Source: Promethearchaeota archaeon (GTDB lineage: Archaea > Asgardarchaeota > Lokiarchaeia > Sigyniarchaeales > SOKP01). Taken from it: a DNA stretch of 64,000 nucleotides. The notes beneath the pieces are model-generated. The model searched no databases, was not told where the DNA came from, and saw only the letters and a list, made by a program, of their open reading frames with translations. A program made the position numbers and the translations under genes. Location: the NCBI GenBank assembly GCA_016839555.1, contig JAEOUA010000006.1:256001-320000 (forward strand), given 5' to 3'. Shown piece by piece: positions 42,353-53,041 of this stretch; the stretch's first letter is position 1; each line of letters opens with the position of its first letter.

Positions 42353-42598
42353 AATTTAAGTTCTTTAGTTAGTAAATTATTCATAGATATATAGTTAAAA
42401 GTTTTAAATTAATTAATTCTTATGAGTTCATATTGGAGCTCTTTATGATACTATAGATGGTAAATAATAAAATAAAGTAATTAATAAAAAACTCTAAATA
42501 TCAACCAAAGAGTCAAAAAGATATAATTTTTTATGTTTATTGTATTTATTCAACTAAAAAATATAAGTTAATTCAATTTTTAAGGGAGAGAGAAATTT

Positions 42599-42982
42599 AT
42601 GAAATTGGATCATTTTGCTATTTCTTCAAATTCTGAGCAGGAAGCAGAGAATTTTTTTTCAAATCTATTAGGATTGGAAAAAACTAGATCCTTTTCTGTG
42701 CCTGCTGATTTAATGGAACAATTTTTTGGTATTAAAAAAGAGCAGAAAATCTTAAGGTTTGAAGGGAGTGATATTGCTGCAGAGGTGTTTATTAATAAAG
42801 AAAAAAGCAAAAATACTGATATTTTCACACATATTTGCTTAGTTATAGAAAATAGAGATGAATTAATACAAAACGCTAATAAAATGGGATTCCCAGTCAT
42901 AAAAGTCCCTCGAAAGAATGCAGATTCCTATTATTTGTTTTTAAAAGATTCTTTTGGCAATATTTATGAGATAAAAGAATAA
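42599..42982 (+). CDS. VOC/glyoxalase family protein
   Basis: LDHFAI, THICL, FLKDSFGNIYE. Confidence 0.85.
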   Translation: MKLDHFAISSNSEQEAENFFSNLLGLEKTRSFSVPADLMEQFFGIKKEQKILRFEGSDIAAEVFINKEKSKNTDIFTHICLVIENRDELIQNANKMGFPVIKVPRKNADSYYLFLKDSFGNIYEIKE

Positions 42983-43076
42983 GAATATATACGTATATTA
43001 CTATGTTTTTTTTAAAAACCTGTTTCATTACTTCTTAGAAAATATTTTCAAAAAATAGTTTAGAAGGTGAAAATAA

Positions 43077-43886
43077 ATTTCCCACTCGTTTAAATATAAA
43101 ATATTATTAGGTGGGATAAACGATCCAAAGAAATTTCCTATTTTCGCTGATTCTAAATTTGATAAAAATGATTTTTTTAATATTGGTATCTCTTTAAACT
43201 CCTTAGAATGCTACAGTAATTTTGGGGATTTATATTTATTCATTTTTTGGCATATTAACCTTAAAGAAGAGCGATTCAAATTTCTGATACCTTCATTCTT
43301 CGTCGGTTCCAAGGCTGCAATCTTATGTATAGATAAATCGAATTATGATTCTTTAGAACAAGTGAATCATTTCATAAAAATCATTAAAGAAAGAGAGGAG
43401 GATATTTCAATCTTTATTTTGAGCTTTCAATCGAAACAATCTTATAAAGAAGTCTTTGAACAAGATATATTAGATCTAATTGAAAAATACAATATTAGGA
43501 GATATTATTCAAATAAATTTGAAAATGAAAAAGAGAAATTGAACTATATACAAAAAAAGAAATTTTTTACATTTTTAATTAAAGAATTGAGTAGAAATAA
43601 AGAATGGCAAGATCGAAATCTTTCAATTATATTTCCTACAGAGGTAGAAGATTATCAAGAATTTAGAAATTCCTACAATATTTGTCCCATTTGTAAAAAT
43701 AAAAATCATCCTGAAAGTTTAAAAAATTTCTATTTCAGTAAACAACACGACCTAATGATCTTGCGAGATAAATTTTTAAAACTTCAAGAGATATTGAAAG
43801 ATAAGTTAAAAGATTTAAATATAAATCTTGGAATTCCATGCTGTAATTGTTATAAAATACTTCTTGGTAATAAGAAATCTACATAA
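43077..43886 (+). CDS. Rab-like pseudoGTPase fused to a C-terminal Zn finger (269 aa; proposed ATT start)
   Basis: Frame is open 95 codons upstream of the ORF-track start; degenerate Rab motifs; CPIC...CCNC; GGTGA 6 nt before ATT. Confidence 0.75.
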   Translation: MSHSFKYKILLGGINDPKKFPIFADSKFDKNDFFNIGISLNSLECYSNFGDLYLFIFWHINLKEERFKFLIPSFFVGSKAAILCIDKSNYDSLEQVNHFIKIIKEREEDISIFILSFQSKQSYKEVFEQDILDLIEKYNIRRYYSNKFENEKEKLNYIQKKKFFTFLIKELSRNKEWQDRNLSIIFPTEVEDYQEFRNSYNICPICKNKNHPESLKNFYFSKQHDLMILRDKFLKLQEILKDKLKDLNINLGIPCCNCYKILLGNKKST

Positions 43887-43921
43887 ATTTTTCTTATTAA
43901 AAATAATAAACTACTATAAGA

Positions 43922-44341
43922 TCATTTTTTAATTAGTTTAACTCCTTTTTTTAAGATCTTATAATGGTCAAACGCGTATTTTTTTGAGAATAATTCTTCA
44001 ATCGATATAATTTCTAAGGAGGCGGCATCATCTTTTGCGAGAGGTTTTTCTTTTTTAGTTGCCGGCTCGCATAAAAAAGCAATACTTACAGTATGCCCTC
44101 TTGGATCTCTTTCTGGATCGGAATATACTCCAATTAATTCTTTTATCTTTACCTTTATATTAGTTTCTTCTTTTGCTTCGCGTATACATGCTTGTTCAAC
44201 TGTTTCACCAATATCAACGAATCCTCCTGGAAGGGCTAATTGTCCCTGAAAGGGGGGGTTCTTTCTTCTTATAAGAACAATTTTAGAATTATATAAGATC
44301 ACTGCATCTACTGTTAAAAGGGGTGTCTCAGGTTTGCTCAA
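43922..44341 (-). CDS. NUDIX hydrolase (ADP-ribose pyrophosphatase-like)
   Basis: PGGFVDIGETVEQACIREAKEET, RDPRGH, AFDH. Confidence 0.92.
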   Translation of the reverse strand: MSKPETPLLTVDAVILYNSKIVLIRRKNPPFQGQLALPGGFVDIGETVEQACIREAKEETNIKVKIKELIGVYSDPERDPRGHTVSIAFLCEPATKKEKPLAKDDAASLEIISIEELFSKKYAFDHYKILKKGVKLIKK

Positions 44342-44449
44342 AGTAAAAGAATAGCTCGTAATTATTTTTTATAATTATATAATAATAAAAGAACCTAAAA
44401 ATTTAATACTCTATGAAATAATAAAATGAATCTTATAATTTTACTCAAA

Positions 44450-47407
44450 TTATGGTTTTATAACTTTCCTCTTAATATATGCCTTTATCTCCTTAAATTC
44501 TATGTCTTTTCTTCCGATAAATCCTTGCCCATAATAATTAGGACCGCCTCCTTTACCATCAAAATGTGTGACACTGTCCTTAATTAAATTTCCAAGATGT
44601 AATTTCGATTCTTTTTCAATTTTATTTCCCATCATACCCATTATTAGATATCCTTCATCTGTTTGGTTAATTAAGATACTTATTGCGTTTTCTGCTTTTT
44701 TTACGATATTTTGATTAATATTTTTCAGATCCTCTTGGGAAAGAGCATTAAAACTCTCAATTATTAACTTAAAATCGGGAAAAGATTCTGCTTTTGAAAT
44801 AAGCTTATTAATATAATCATCGCTAAGCAATTTTTTCATTCTATCTAATTTTTCTTTACCCTCAACCCATTCATAATAGAATTGTTTAACCTTTTTTAGG
44901 ATATTCTCCTTTTTAATATTTAAAAAGTCAGAAAGCTTAGATAAAATATCTCCTTTAAATTCTTCAGTAGAGTCTAAAAATAAATCTTTTTTATCAACCT
45001 CTCCTGTTGCTAATGCTTTATTTATATTTTTCCATTTTTCGAATAATTCTTTAACTCTTCCTACTATTTGAGATTTATCTACCTTTAAAAAAGATTCAAG
45101 CTTTTCAATAATTTCCTCATTTTTTTTGGCAATTTTCTTGGATGCTTTTCCTGCGGTAAATGTTAATCGTACCACGCCATCTTGAATTTTTTGGGACTTT
45201 AGAATATTTATGTAGCCTGCTTCAGAGGTATTATTCAGATGAGTCCCTCCACAGGCTTCTACTTCTATTCCAGGAATTTCTACAATCCGTATTTCAGTTC
45301 CTGGAACAGCGCCTCCTTGATAAATATTCATACCAAATTTTTGCTCCGCAACTGCTCGTGGCATGAAACTGAGATTCAAATCAATTTGTGCATTTACTAT
45401 TTTATTAGCTTTTTCTTCAATTTCTTCTAACTGTTTATTAGTGATTTGTTCATAATGCGTAATATCTAAATGGGAATTCTTAAGCGTTTTTTTTGCTCCA
45501 GCTTGATTCACATGATGTCCTAATACTTCTCGAGCTGCAGCATTAACGATATGGGTTGCAGTATGATGTTGAGATAATTGTTTTCTCCAATACTCATCCA
45601 CTTTAACAATTACAATATCACCCTCTTTAAAGTTTGGTTTCTCGTCTAGAACATGGATAACATAATTACCTTGTTTAAATGCATCGTTGAATTTTTGCCC
45701 ATTTATAGTTCCTACATCATGTAGCTGACCACCAGAAGTCGGATAAACTACAGATTTGTTTAAAATTACCTTAGAATCAAAAATTTTAAGAACTTTGGCT
45801 TTATTTTCCAATTTCGTGTAGTCATTATAATATAATGATTTTGTTTGAGGAATACCTTCTAAATTTAATTGTATTTCTTTTTCCGTAGTATATTGCTGTT
45901 CTTGTTGCTCATGACGTTGTACTACCAGATTATAAAAATTATCGGGAATTTTTATATTAAGATTATACTTCTTTGCCGCCTCTTTCACCATATCCGGACT
46001 AATTCCATTGGAATCATACATTTCAATTAATGTCTCTGTATCTATCTTGCCTGTTTTTAATTTCTTATCTAATATTTTTGCAGCTTTTTTCTTGGTTTTA
46101 TAATACTTTTCCCGTTCCACATCTAATATTTTTCGTATTTCATCTAAGTTTTCAGAAACTTCTGGAAATAATTCTTTTAATTCTTCCGCATGCCATTCGC
46201 ATACATCCGCCATATCAATAGCCCATCCGAATTTATCAAGAAAACCAATGGCTCGCCGAAAAATTACCCTTAAATTATAGCCTCCTCCTACATTTGAAGG
46301 AAGTTTTCCGTCATGTATAGCAAACAAAAGACTTCGGGCATGTTCTGCAACAGAATAGAGTCCTGTCATGGGCATAATAATATTTCGTAATCTTTCTACT
46401 TCAATATTTAATTCATTTGCAACCCGCTGCCATGCAGCATCCAAATTTTCTACCTCATCGGTATTTAAATACGCAGCATATTTCGAAAATTTATTATATA
46501 ATTCTAAATCTAATTTAATTTTTGTTATTTCTCGGAGTTTAGATAGGACGTAAGGAAATACCGCCTCATACATATTAGGAGTGCCTTGGGAGACCCACGC
46601 AACTCTCTCCTGGCCTAATCCCATATCCAACACTTTTAATTTTAATTCTTGAGGACCTTTTGGAGTTTGCTCAAACATGGTATAGACTTGGTTGAATAAC
46701 TCAACACCTCTACTGAAAAATTCGAGACTACATCCGAATGACCCCCCACCAGCCCATGAATCCTCATGAATAGTGATTTCATCTTTAGATAACCCCACAC
46801 CAATCGTAATAAAATCATGCATATCTAAAAAGAGCTGCCCTTGATCCCACTCTTCGGGGGGAACAAAGGTATGTTGCCCGATCATAACAAAACCTGAAGC
46901 ATGAGAGCCAGTTATACCTACATTTTCCACATCATTGAACCTCAAACAAAATTGTGGAATTAAGAGTTTTTTTGCTGGTGGCTCTTCTTCCCCAGTTATT
47001 ACATAGGGTTGGAATGCCGATATTGAGGCTATTGTGAATTCAGATGTAGGATTCCATCTCGCAACGCAAGGATAACGATTGATTGGAACATAACCTCTGG
47101 GTTCCAGGATTTCTACGATTTTTTTCCATACACCAATATATGATAATTTTTCTTTCGAGGGATTATCAATAACCACTTGAAATCCTCCAGAACACACCGG
47201 ATCACCGCAAAAATTTCTGTCTTTATGTGTGGTCCAAAAAAAAGTGCCGCAATGTTTACATTGTTTTCTCATATAGCCTAAACTCCTTAGTTCTTTCGTT
47301 GGAAAATATTGATCTGGATTTTTAGAGGCAATTTTTTTAAATTTTGTTTTCAATTGCTTATCTGTGCGACTATCTTTGAGTAATTCTATTTCATCTGCAG
47401 AGAGCAT
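44450..47407 (-). CDS. alaS: Alanine--tRNA ligase (archaeal type)
   Basis: N-terminal CKHC, VARW, WAGGG, DMGLGQER, editing HTATH and CGGTH, C-Ala GKGGG. Confidence 0.96.
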   Translation of the reverse strand: MLSADEIELLKDSRTDKQLKTKFKKIASKNPDQYFPTKELRSLGYMRKQCKHCGTFFWTTHKDRNFCGDPVCSGGFQVVIDNPSKEKLSYIGVWKKIVEILEPRGYVPINRYPCVARWNPTSEFTIASISAFQPYVITGEEEPPAKKLLIPQFCLRFNDVENVGITGSHASGFVMIGQHTFVPPEEWDQGQLFLDMHDFITIGVGLSKDEITIHEDSWAGGGSFGCSLEFFSRGVELFNQVYTMFEQTPKGPQELKLKVLDMGLGQERVAWVSQGTPNMYEAVFPYVLSKLREITKIKLDLELYNKFSKYAAYLNTDEVENLDAAWQRVANELNIEVERLRNIIMPMTGLYSVAEHARSLLFAIHDGKLPSNVGGGYNLRVIFRRAIGFLDKFGWAIDMADVCEWHAEELKELFPEVSENLDEIRKILDVEREKYYKTKKKAAKILDKKLKTGKIDTETLIEMYDSNGISPDMVKEAAKKYNLNIKIPDNFYNLVVQRHEQQEQQYTTEKEIQLNLEGIPQTKSLYYNDYTKLENKAKVLKIFDSKVILNKSVVYPTSGGQLHDVGTINGQKFNDAFKQGNYVIHVLDEKPNFKEGDIVIVKVDEYWRKQLSQHHTATHIVNAAAREVLGHHVNQAGAKKTLKNSHLDITHYEQITNKQLEEIEEKANKIVNAQIDLNLSFMPRAVAEQKFGMNIYQGGAVPGTEIRIVEIPGIEVEACGGTHLNNTSEAGYINILKSQKIQDGVVRLTFTAGKASKKIAKKNEEIIEKLESFLKVDKSQIVGRVKELFEKWKNINKALATGEVDKKDLFLDSTEEFKGDILSKLSDFLNIKKENILKKVKQFYYEWVEGKEKLDRMKKLLSDDYINKLISKAESFPDFKLIIESFNALSQEDLKNINQNIVKKAENAISILINQTDEGYLIMGMMGNKIEKESKLHLGNLIKDSVTHFDGKGGGPNYYGQGFIGRKDIEFKEIKAYIKRKVIKP

Positions 47408-47547
47408 TTTTAGTGGATCAATAATACTAGTTTAAATCAATTATTTAATAAAAAAAAGGTATGATTTCCTAAAACTTTTTCTTTAAGTTTTTATTAGAAA
47501 TTTCAAATTATCCAATATTTTCCAAATTTTAGGACTCTTAATCGTTC

Positions 47548-48000
47548 TTAAAGGTCTATAGATTGAAATCGAGAATACCCTTCTTTAACAAAATCATAAT
47601 CCAGAAATTCAATTTTTTCAGGGATTATTTTTAAAATTAAGTCTCGCTTTCCTCGTACTATTCTTTGAGCTTTTTGAAATTCAGCATCTCCTTTCTCAAG
47701 AAAAATTAATCGTTGGGTACCTGTGGCTGTTATTTGCATACCTTGAATCTTTCCCGTGTCTAATGGAGTATAGATTCCGATGCTAATAATCGGATTTTCT
47801 TTAATATTATTGACTTTTCGACCAGGAGATGGTCCCACATAAATATTATAATTAGATGCATTTTTTTCTATATAAAAATCCATAGGAGTTGCTCGGGGAA
47901 TATTATTTTTATCACTTGTACAGAGCACTAGCACCTTTCTTTTGCTAAGAAATTGCCGAATCTCTTGTTCCAATTTTTCTCTTGGCATCTTTTTTTTCAT
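47548..48000 (-). CDS. Pyridoxamine 5'-phosphate oxidase-like (split-barrel) protein
   Basis: VLCT...PRATP, KVNNIKENP. Confidence 0.75.
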   Translation of the reverse strand: MKKKMPREKLEQEIRQFLSKRKVLVLCTSDKNNIPRATPMDFYIEKNASNYNIYVGPSPGRKVNNIKENPIISIGIYTPLDTGKIQGMQITATGTQRLIFLEKGDAEFQKAQRIVRGKRDLILKIIPEKIEFLDYDFVKEGYSRFQSIDL

Positions 48001-48108
48001 ATTGAATCAATGATATAAATGAAAAACAGAATTAAAAGTTCTATAATCTTTGCCAAAAGGAGAGTATTAGAAAAATAAGTTTTATGAGAAAAATGTAGAA
48101 TCAAAATA

Positions 48109-49275
48109 TTACTTCTTTATCATTAAATCATTAAATAATTTATCGTCATTATCCAGAGCTGCTCGGATATAAGGCGAGATAGGACCCCTCCCAAGCGCCA
48201 TTATTCTTATTTTTCGTCCAAATTCAGGATCCATCGCAGCACCTACCTTTAATTGTACTTTAGTAGGGAGTTCATTTGAAATGGATGAAATTATCTTATC
48301 CATTTTAAAGAGTGTCAATTTATGACTCCCTGTGACAGAAATTAGGCAATTATCGACTTGTTGGGTGTCTAATTCCAATAATGGATTATGGATGGCCAAT
48401 TTTGATTTTTTTGTTAAATCTTGTTCATTTCCAAGAGATTCAGTTATTCCAATCAAACCAGAAGGATATTTTTTGTTTTTTTCGAAAATTTTTCTGACAT
48501 CAGCAAAATCTATATTAATGAGCCCACAATTATTAATTAAATTCACCACTTCCCGGATGCTTCGAATTAAGATTTCATCCATTAATTTAAATCCAATCAA
48601 TATTGGAATGTTTGGAGCTATTTTCACCAAATTATTATTGGGTAAAGTAATGATACTATCAGAAAATTTTGCGAGATTTTTGAGACCTCCCATCGCCCTC
48701 CCGCTTCTTTCAATGCCCTCCGAATTAAAAGGAATAGTACAAAAAGAAACAACAATAGACCCCTTATTTTTAGCTTCTCTAGCAATGATAGGTGCTGCGC
48801 CGGTACCTGTGCCCCCGCCTAACCCACATGTTATGAAGGTAATATCAGATTCTAAAGATTGCGCAATTCTTTTTGAATCTTCTTCCGCTGCTTCCGCCCC
48901 GACACAAGGATTATTTCCAGACCCAAGACCGTTACAAGTTTCCTTTCCTATTAATATTTTCTTATCAGAATTAGAATAATATAAATCATGAGCATCTGTA
49001 TTTATATTCAAGGTTTCAGTACCATTCAGCTCCATCTCTTGGAGTCTTGAAACCGTATTATTACCCGAACCCCCTACTCCAATTACTGTGGATTTTATTC
49101 TTAACACATTGAGTAGATCTGCTAAATAATCATCATTATCATAGTTTTGATCCTGAGTATTCAACTGTTTATTAGCTTGAGAAAGCTGTTTAAAACGTGA
49201 TCTCACTGATGAATCAATTTTTAAATGATTTGGAAGTAATTTTATATTATCATCGGGATTAAACATATTAATCAC
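48109..49275 (-). CDS. ftsZ: Cell division protein FtsZ homolog
   Basis: GVGGSGNN, NTDAHDL, GLGGGTGTG, PF..EG, INIDFADV. Confidence 0.92.
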   Translation of the reverse strand: MINMFNPDDNIKLLPNHLKIDSSVRSRFKQLSQANKQLNTQDQNYDNDDYLADLLNVLRIKSTVIGVGGSGNNTVSRLQEMELNGTETLNINTDAHDLYYSNSDKKILIGKETCNGLGSGNNPCVGAEAAEEDSKRIAQSLESDITFITCGLGGGTGTGAAPIIAREAKNKGSIVVSFCTIPFNSEGIERSGRAMGGLKNLAKFSDSIITLPNNNLVKIAPNIPILIGFKLMDEILIRSIREVVNLINNCGLINIDFADVRKIFEKNKKYPSGLIGITESLGNEQDLTKKSKLAIHNPLLELDTQQVDNCLISVTGSHKLTLFKMDKIISSISNELPTKVQLKVGAAMDPEFGRKIRIMALGRGPISPYIRAALDNDDKLFNDLMIKK

Positions 49276-49476
49276 TTTATTTGAAATTTTGAGATATATT
49301 CTATATTACCAGAAAGAATATCCTAATAATATTTTCAAATAATATGCTCATAATATGTTTTAATAATTAGTTAGTTTCTAGGATTTAGTTTTTCTTTGAT
49401 TAATGTTTCGATAGATTTTTAAATATGCGTATCTATTCATTATAATGACTTAAAATACTAAAGGAGAGAAAAATAA

Positions 49477-50112
49477 ATGAATCTTGCTCAAATAAGGGAT
49501 GACTTAGAGGGTGCTTGGTGGCATTATATCCGAGTTAATGATTTTAGTTTCTTGCAAACGATTCCCGATCTGAGCGATTTACAAATGAACGAGGGAGATA
49601 TTTTAATCCATAAGCAGATTAAGGAAGGTGAGCGATTTCCTACCATAAGGTATCATCTAATTAAAAACAAAAAATCATTAATCATAGAAAATGAGGAAGT
49701 AAAAGAAATATTAGCTAATAAATTAGTAGAGTATGTAAAAAAAAATAAATCATTACCCTTTGCGTGTAAGGTGGTAAAATTTTTTAAGAATGGCAACGCT
49801 CAAGTTAATTATTCTCCTACACAATATGATAATTTTGCCCTTAAAATTAACCCGAAAGCACATAAAGTGGAAAATTTGCAAAGCTTTTTTGAGGGATTAA
49901 AAAGCGATCCAAATCCTATAAAGCCAATTAAAACCGAAAAGGAACCACCATTATTTAAAGATCAATGGATTATCAGAAGTTCGGCAGATGAGAATAAAAC
50001 ATATATAGTCACTAAAAATAAAGATGGAAGTTTTTCATGTACCTGCCCTCATCATGTTTTTCGTAAAGCTGAATGTAAGCACATAAAGCAAGTTAAGAAG
50101 TCTCTTTCTTAA
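49477..50112 (+). CDS. SWIM zinc-finger domain protein
   Basis: C-terminal SCTCP...CKH. Confidence 0.8.
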   Translation: MNLAQIRDDLEGAWWHYIRVNDFSFLQTIPDLSDLQMNEGDILIHKQIKEGERFPTIRYHLIKNKKSLIIENEEVKEILANKLVEYVKKNKSLPFACKVVKFFKNGNAQVNYSPTQYDNFALKINPKAHKVENLQSFFEGLKSDPNPIKPIKTEKEPPLFKDQWIIRSSADENKTYIVTKNKDGSFSCTCPHHVFRKAECKHIKQVKKSLS

Positions 50113-50325
50113 AGTGTTTTCATAAATTTTAAGAAAATTTCTCTGATTATAAAAAGTATTTAGATGATTCTTTCGATCTACTTTCTATATTTGTAAGTAT
50201 TGTATTATTTGATTCTTGAATAATCCAATAGCAAAATTTACTTTTTTCAAGTGAAAAGAAGGAGAAAAATACATTTATTAAAGTAGATTTAGATCTAAAT
50301 AATATAACATAATAATATTGAACAT

Positions 50326-50568
50326 ATGGAAACAGAAAACCTTCAGCAAGAGAGCGGAACTATTACAAATGAGCTCATAGAGCCTGGAAAAAATATTAAA
50401 GTGCGTGCAATTATGAGTTGTCCTAACTGTAGTTATAGAAAGAGCTTTAAAAATACATTTCATCGCAGTGACATAGAAACGATGGTGGTAAGTCTTAAAG
50501 TGTTCGATTGGTTAAGTTGCCCCTCTTGTGGGGAAATGCTCAAAATGACTCTAGAATTTGAGATATAA
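50326..50568 (+). CDS. Zinc-ribbon protein
   Basis: CPNC...CPSC. Confidence 0.75.
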   Translation: METENLQQESGTITNELIEPGKNIKVRAIMSCPNCSYRKSFKNTFHRSDIETMVVSLKVFDWLSCPSCGEMLKMTLEFEI

Positions 50569-50724
50569 CTGCTTTTTTTGCTTCTTATTTAATAAACTTC
50601 TAAATTTTCATCTATTTTAATCAAAAATACCCAATATTCAATGAATCTCTAAGTTTTGATAAAAAGAGACAAAAAAAAATATTTTATTAGTTTTTCAAAT
50701 TTTCCCAATCTAATTTATTCAATT

Positions 50725-51108
50725 CTATTTGTAATTTATTGAAAACTCGAGAAAAAGAATTCCAAAGATAAGATCAACGATTGTTAATGAGAATGCTATG
50801 AATTTAATATCACCTAATAAGAGATATATCAAGAAAATAACAAAAACACCAAATTTCTCCACAACATAAATATTGGCGAGTTTCTGATACTTTTCTATAT
50901 TTCTACTGGTTAGATAAAAAAGTAAACCAAAGAGAAAGACAAAAAAGAAAAAAGAATAAGCCCATATAAAGCTAGGAGGCAATGCTGTAATGAATAACGT
51001 AGCAGAATTTGGTGACACAATCAAAACAAGCACAAATACAATACCTATAATGAGATTCCATAAAGCCGCAATTAAAAACAAGTATTTATAATAAGTGTTT
51101 TTTTCCAT
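50725..51108 (-). CDS. 4-TM membrane protein
   Basis: Four hydrophobic segments, EK and DLIFG motifs. Confidence 0.7.
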   Translation of the reverse strand: MEKNTYYKYLFLIAALWNLIIGIVFVLVLIVSPNSATLFITALPPSFIWAYSFFFFVFLFGLLFYLTSRNIEKYQKLANIYVVEKFGVFVIFLIYLLLGDIKFIAFSLTIVDLIFGILFLEFSINYK

Positions 51109-51173
51109 ACATTTTACCTTTTTCTAAATTTTTGTAATAAAGATAAAAATATTACCATGTTATAAAAATTTTT

Positions 51174-52487
51174 TTATTCAAGATCTAATTCTATATTCCC
51201 GTAAGTGCCTCCTCCTCCTGGAGTATATTTTATTTCATTATTTCTAAGTGCCTGAATAACGCTACCGATGCTTTCATTATACTTTTTTATATTCTCTATA
51301 GAATGGTTTAATAGAATTTCATATTCTGTTCCTAACTTCTCTATAATCTTATTATAAGCATTCACAACCGTTTTACTATTTTTAGATTTAATACCTTCTA
51401 TAGAGCGAATGATATCGATTAAAGGAACGGCATTTATATAGGGAGGTCTATGAGGAGGATGTTTCGGTTCTTTATAAGTGGATATATCATCGATACGTTC
51501 GCTTACTCCGAGCTTTATCTTATAATTGTTTCCTGTTTTATCTTTACAGGCAGGGCATATCATTTTTTTTTTGGCAACATCTTTTATATAGGCATTTTTA
51601 GCACTTATAGGATCTTTTTCAAAAAAGATAATAAAATTTTCGGTGATAGAATATTGACTAAAGTTTATTCCAAAACTTTTTGAAGTCTTTTTAAATAAAA
51701 CTCTTCTGCGACATTTGCTACAAAACATGTTATAATATTTACCCAATTTTGGATGGAGCCCCACGTTGAGGCTAATTTTTCTTCCGTCTTTTCTTTTTAA
51801 CGCTAATAAAATTTCTTCAAAGGAGGGGTTTTCAATATAAAATTTATTAAATTCTCTCCCGAGAGAATAAGGTTTTTGCGAATGTGCATCACTATTACTT
51901 AAAAAACTAAAATTTTCCAGAGTCTTTAATCTGTCTGCTAAATCTGTATTAGCAGATAATCCTAATTCGACAAAATCAATTTTATCTACTGCACCTTGAT
52001 AACATTCTTCCATAGTTCTATATCTATTTTGCCGAAAAATTGCCTTAAATGGAGTGAAAGCGTGCGCCGGACCCATTACGCCCCCAATATCAGTTATTAT
52101 ATCTGCTAATTCTGGGGGAGAGAGATTCACCCGTGGTCTTCCTCCCCACTCCCCTAAAATATTTTTTGAATGAGGTTTTAATTTTTCTTGAATTTCTCGT
52201 ACAACTTCGAAATTTGGAAAAAACACTATATGATGGATGTTTTTTTCATCCTCTATTTCGCTCTGAAGTATAAAAAAAATGTCATTATAAGAATACACAC
52301 TATTGTTATTCTTTTCTAAATGATCTTCCATATATTTCAACCATTCCGGTTGGAGGATATCACCTGTACCTAAGATATTTAATCCTTTCTTTTTGCAAGT
52401 TTTTTCCATAGAATCCAAATTTAATGACTGTGAAACCGCTATCGAATGAGGCGAATGGATATGCAAATCAGCATAATAATACTTCAA
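51174..52487 (-). CDS. Endonuclease Q family (PHP domain plus Zn ribbon)
   Basis: ADLHIHS, GTGD, PAHAFTP, ELGLS, NSDAHS, LGKY, CSKC...CPAC, PGGGGTYG. Confidence 0.88.
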   Translation of the reverse strand: MKYYYADLHIHSPHSIAVSQSLNLDSMEKTCKKKGLNILGTGDILQPEWLKYMEDHLEKNNNSVYSYNDIFFILQSEIEDEKNIHHIVFFPNFEVVREIQEKLKPHSKNILGEWGGRPRVNLSPPELADIITDIGGVMGPAHAFTPFKAIFRQNRYRTMEECYQGAVDKIDFVELGLSANTDLADRLKTLENFSFLSNSDAHSQKPYSLGREFNKFYIENPSFEEILLALKRKDGRKISLNVGLHPKLGKYYNMFCSKCRRRVLFKKTSKSFGINFSQYSITENFIIFFEKDPISAKNAYIKDVAKKKMICPACKDKTGNNYKIKLGVSERIDDISTYKEPKHPPHRPPYINAVPLIDIIRSIEGIKSKNSKTVVNAYNKIIEKLGTEYEILLNHSIENIKKYNESIGSVIQALRNNEIKYTPGGGGTYGNIELDLE

Positions 52488-52699
52488 GAGTTTTTTCCAA
52501 TTTCTTAATAATTTATCTTAATAAAGTACATGATTTTATGATTTAATAAATTAATAATTACTAACTTAATAATCACAACTATTAAGATTAAAAGGATTAT
52601 AATAAGTTTTTTTAAAAGAAGCTAAAAAGGGAATAAAAGAATAAGAAATATAATTTTAAGCTTTAAGAACATAAGAATTAGAAAAATATAAAAACAAAA

Positions 52700-52876
52700 T
52701 TAATCATAACTTATCAAATATGTATATTTTGATAAATCAAATTTATCTATTTTAATTGTCTTTCCATTATTTGAATTTAAAGGTATTTTAATTACTATTT
52801 CTCCATCAATATAGAGATTATTGTAAAAAATTTCACTTTTTTTATCAAAATCAATAAATTTATTAACACGCTTCAT
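52700..52876 (-). CDS. 58-aa micro-protein, paralog of 910..1128
   Basis: Manual translation MKRVNKFIDFDKKSEIFYNNLYIDGEIVIKIPLNSNNGKTIKIDKFDLSKYTYLISYD*. Confidence 0.75.
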   Translation of the reverse strand: MKRVNKFIDFDKKSEIFYNNLYIDGEIVIKIPLNSNNGKTIKIDKFDLSKYTYLISYD

Positions 52877-53041
52877 ATATAATTTTTCTATATATATTAA
52901 TAACTTTGCTTATTTCAGCAAAATTACAAATTATTGAAAAAGGTTATTTAAATATAATATATTATATATATAGTCTATATATTCCCGACAAAAAGTATAA
53001 ATATTCTCCAAATAATTCTTTCTACACACCTTTTATCTGAT

